Of a DNA stretch of 64,000 nucleotides, positions 63,171 to 64,000 are shown piece by piece; within the stretch, counting starts at the first letter, position 1, and each line of letters starts with the position of its first letter. Position numbers and translations under genes: made by a program. The notes beneath the pieces are model-generated. The model was not told the DNA's origin. It saw nothing but the letters and a program-made list of their open reading frames with translations, and did no database searches. This DNA comes from Callorhinchus milii. Its lineage: Eukaryota. The stretch is from contig NW_024704743.1 of assembly GCF_018977255.1 (NCBI RefSeq), positions 50,470,001 through 50,534,000 on the forward strand, written 5' to 3'.

Positions 63171-64000
63171 AATTTCATCTGTAATGTGAATCATGCATTT
63201 TCAGTTAATACAAATTGCATTCAGAGCAAGGGTATTGCGGTTCTCTGATCCTGACAATTTGGATCTTGGCGTATCCCTTAATAAATGGGAAACTCATCAG
63301 CAGCTTATTCTTAGATTCATAGAATGATTATAGAATATTGCTACTGAGACAACAGGTCATTTGACCCACCATGTCTGTTCGAGTGTTTCTCTCCACATAA
63401 GCCATATAATGCAATCTCACTCCTATGCTCCCTATCCTTTTATATTCCTCTTTTCCAAGCTTCTATCTTATTCCCATTTAAGAGGATCTGTAGATTTCAA
63501 GAACTGTTTTTGACAGAGGTTCACATCTAGCCACCCTCTGTGTAAAGTTTCCTAACCTCCCCTTGAAATCCTTCTATAAAAACTTAAAACAATGAAAATG
63601 TACGATACAGTCGGAGGAACTTTTTTGGTGTTGATAGTTACTCCTCCAAGAAGTCACCTAATCCCAATTCCCTGCTCTTTCTCTGTACCATCTAATACGC
63701 TTTCTCTATATGTGATTATTCAATTATTTTTAAATGCTCCGATCAACTCTTCTCTAACAGCCACCCTGCTGTAAATTCAGCCAGTTTTCCGCAAAGAAAA
63801 TTGCTTTGATATAGCCCTCTTCACACAGGATACTGTCTTAAAGCACTGCACAGAGGTGGGGTTGGATACCAATCAAGGAAGAAGAGGGAGGGGAAGATGA
63901 CCATAGGCGCAGTTAAAGCAAATTTAAAATATTTCCACAATTCTGTGTAAACGTAAATCTTAAGATAAAATTGTCTTATAGTTTAAGACTGGGTGAAATG

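Noticed and set aside
15000..64000. 3' exons of ADAMTS16, expected upstream of ICE1 from recalled human synteny
   Set aside because: I found no TSP1 (WS.CS..CG.G) or PLAC-like exon by eye. A QCC..C string near 36770 does not fit. TBLASTN would settle it.

Overview
Eukaryotic, repeat-rich vertebrate DNA. The repeat content (L2 and CR1 LINEs, tRNA-headed Deu-type SINEs) suggests a cartilaginous fish, possibly a chimaera such as elephant shark; this is inference. The one gene I can support is the 5' part of ICE1 (little elongation complex scaffold) on the minus strand. Eight coding exons (14375 down to 302) splice in frame into 169 codons of the N-terminal coiled coil, and the gene runs off the left edge. 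Intron 3 (3351-3896) is a minor-spliceosome U12 AT-AC intron followed by a 19-nt micro-exon, which the ORF track does not show. A CpG-rich promoter near 14.2-15.0 kb lies between a C-rich minisatellite and a 22/28-bp tandem array. The remaining ~49 kb is intergenic. It holds two young inverted L2 copies, many SINEs sharing the L2 3' hairpin, CR1 remnants, a hAT insertion with an 8-bp TSD, two palindromic MITE-like families, an unclassified repeat family and a few motif-rich non-repeat blocks that may be enhancers. A Tigger/pogo derivative sits in ICE1 intron 1. I found no convincing novel multi-gene system; most ORF-track entries are repeat-derived or spurious. Repeat boundaries are approximate and were read by eye.
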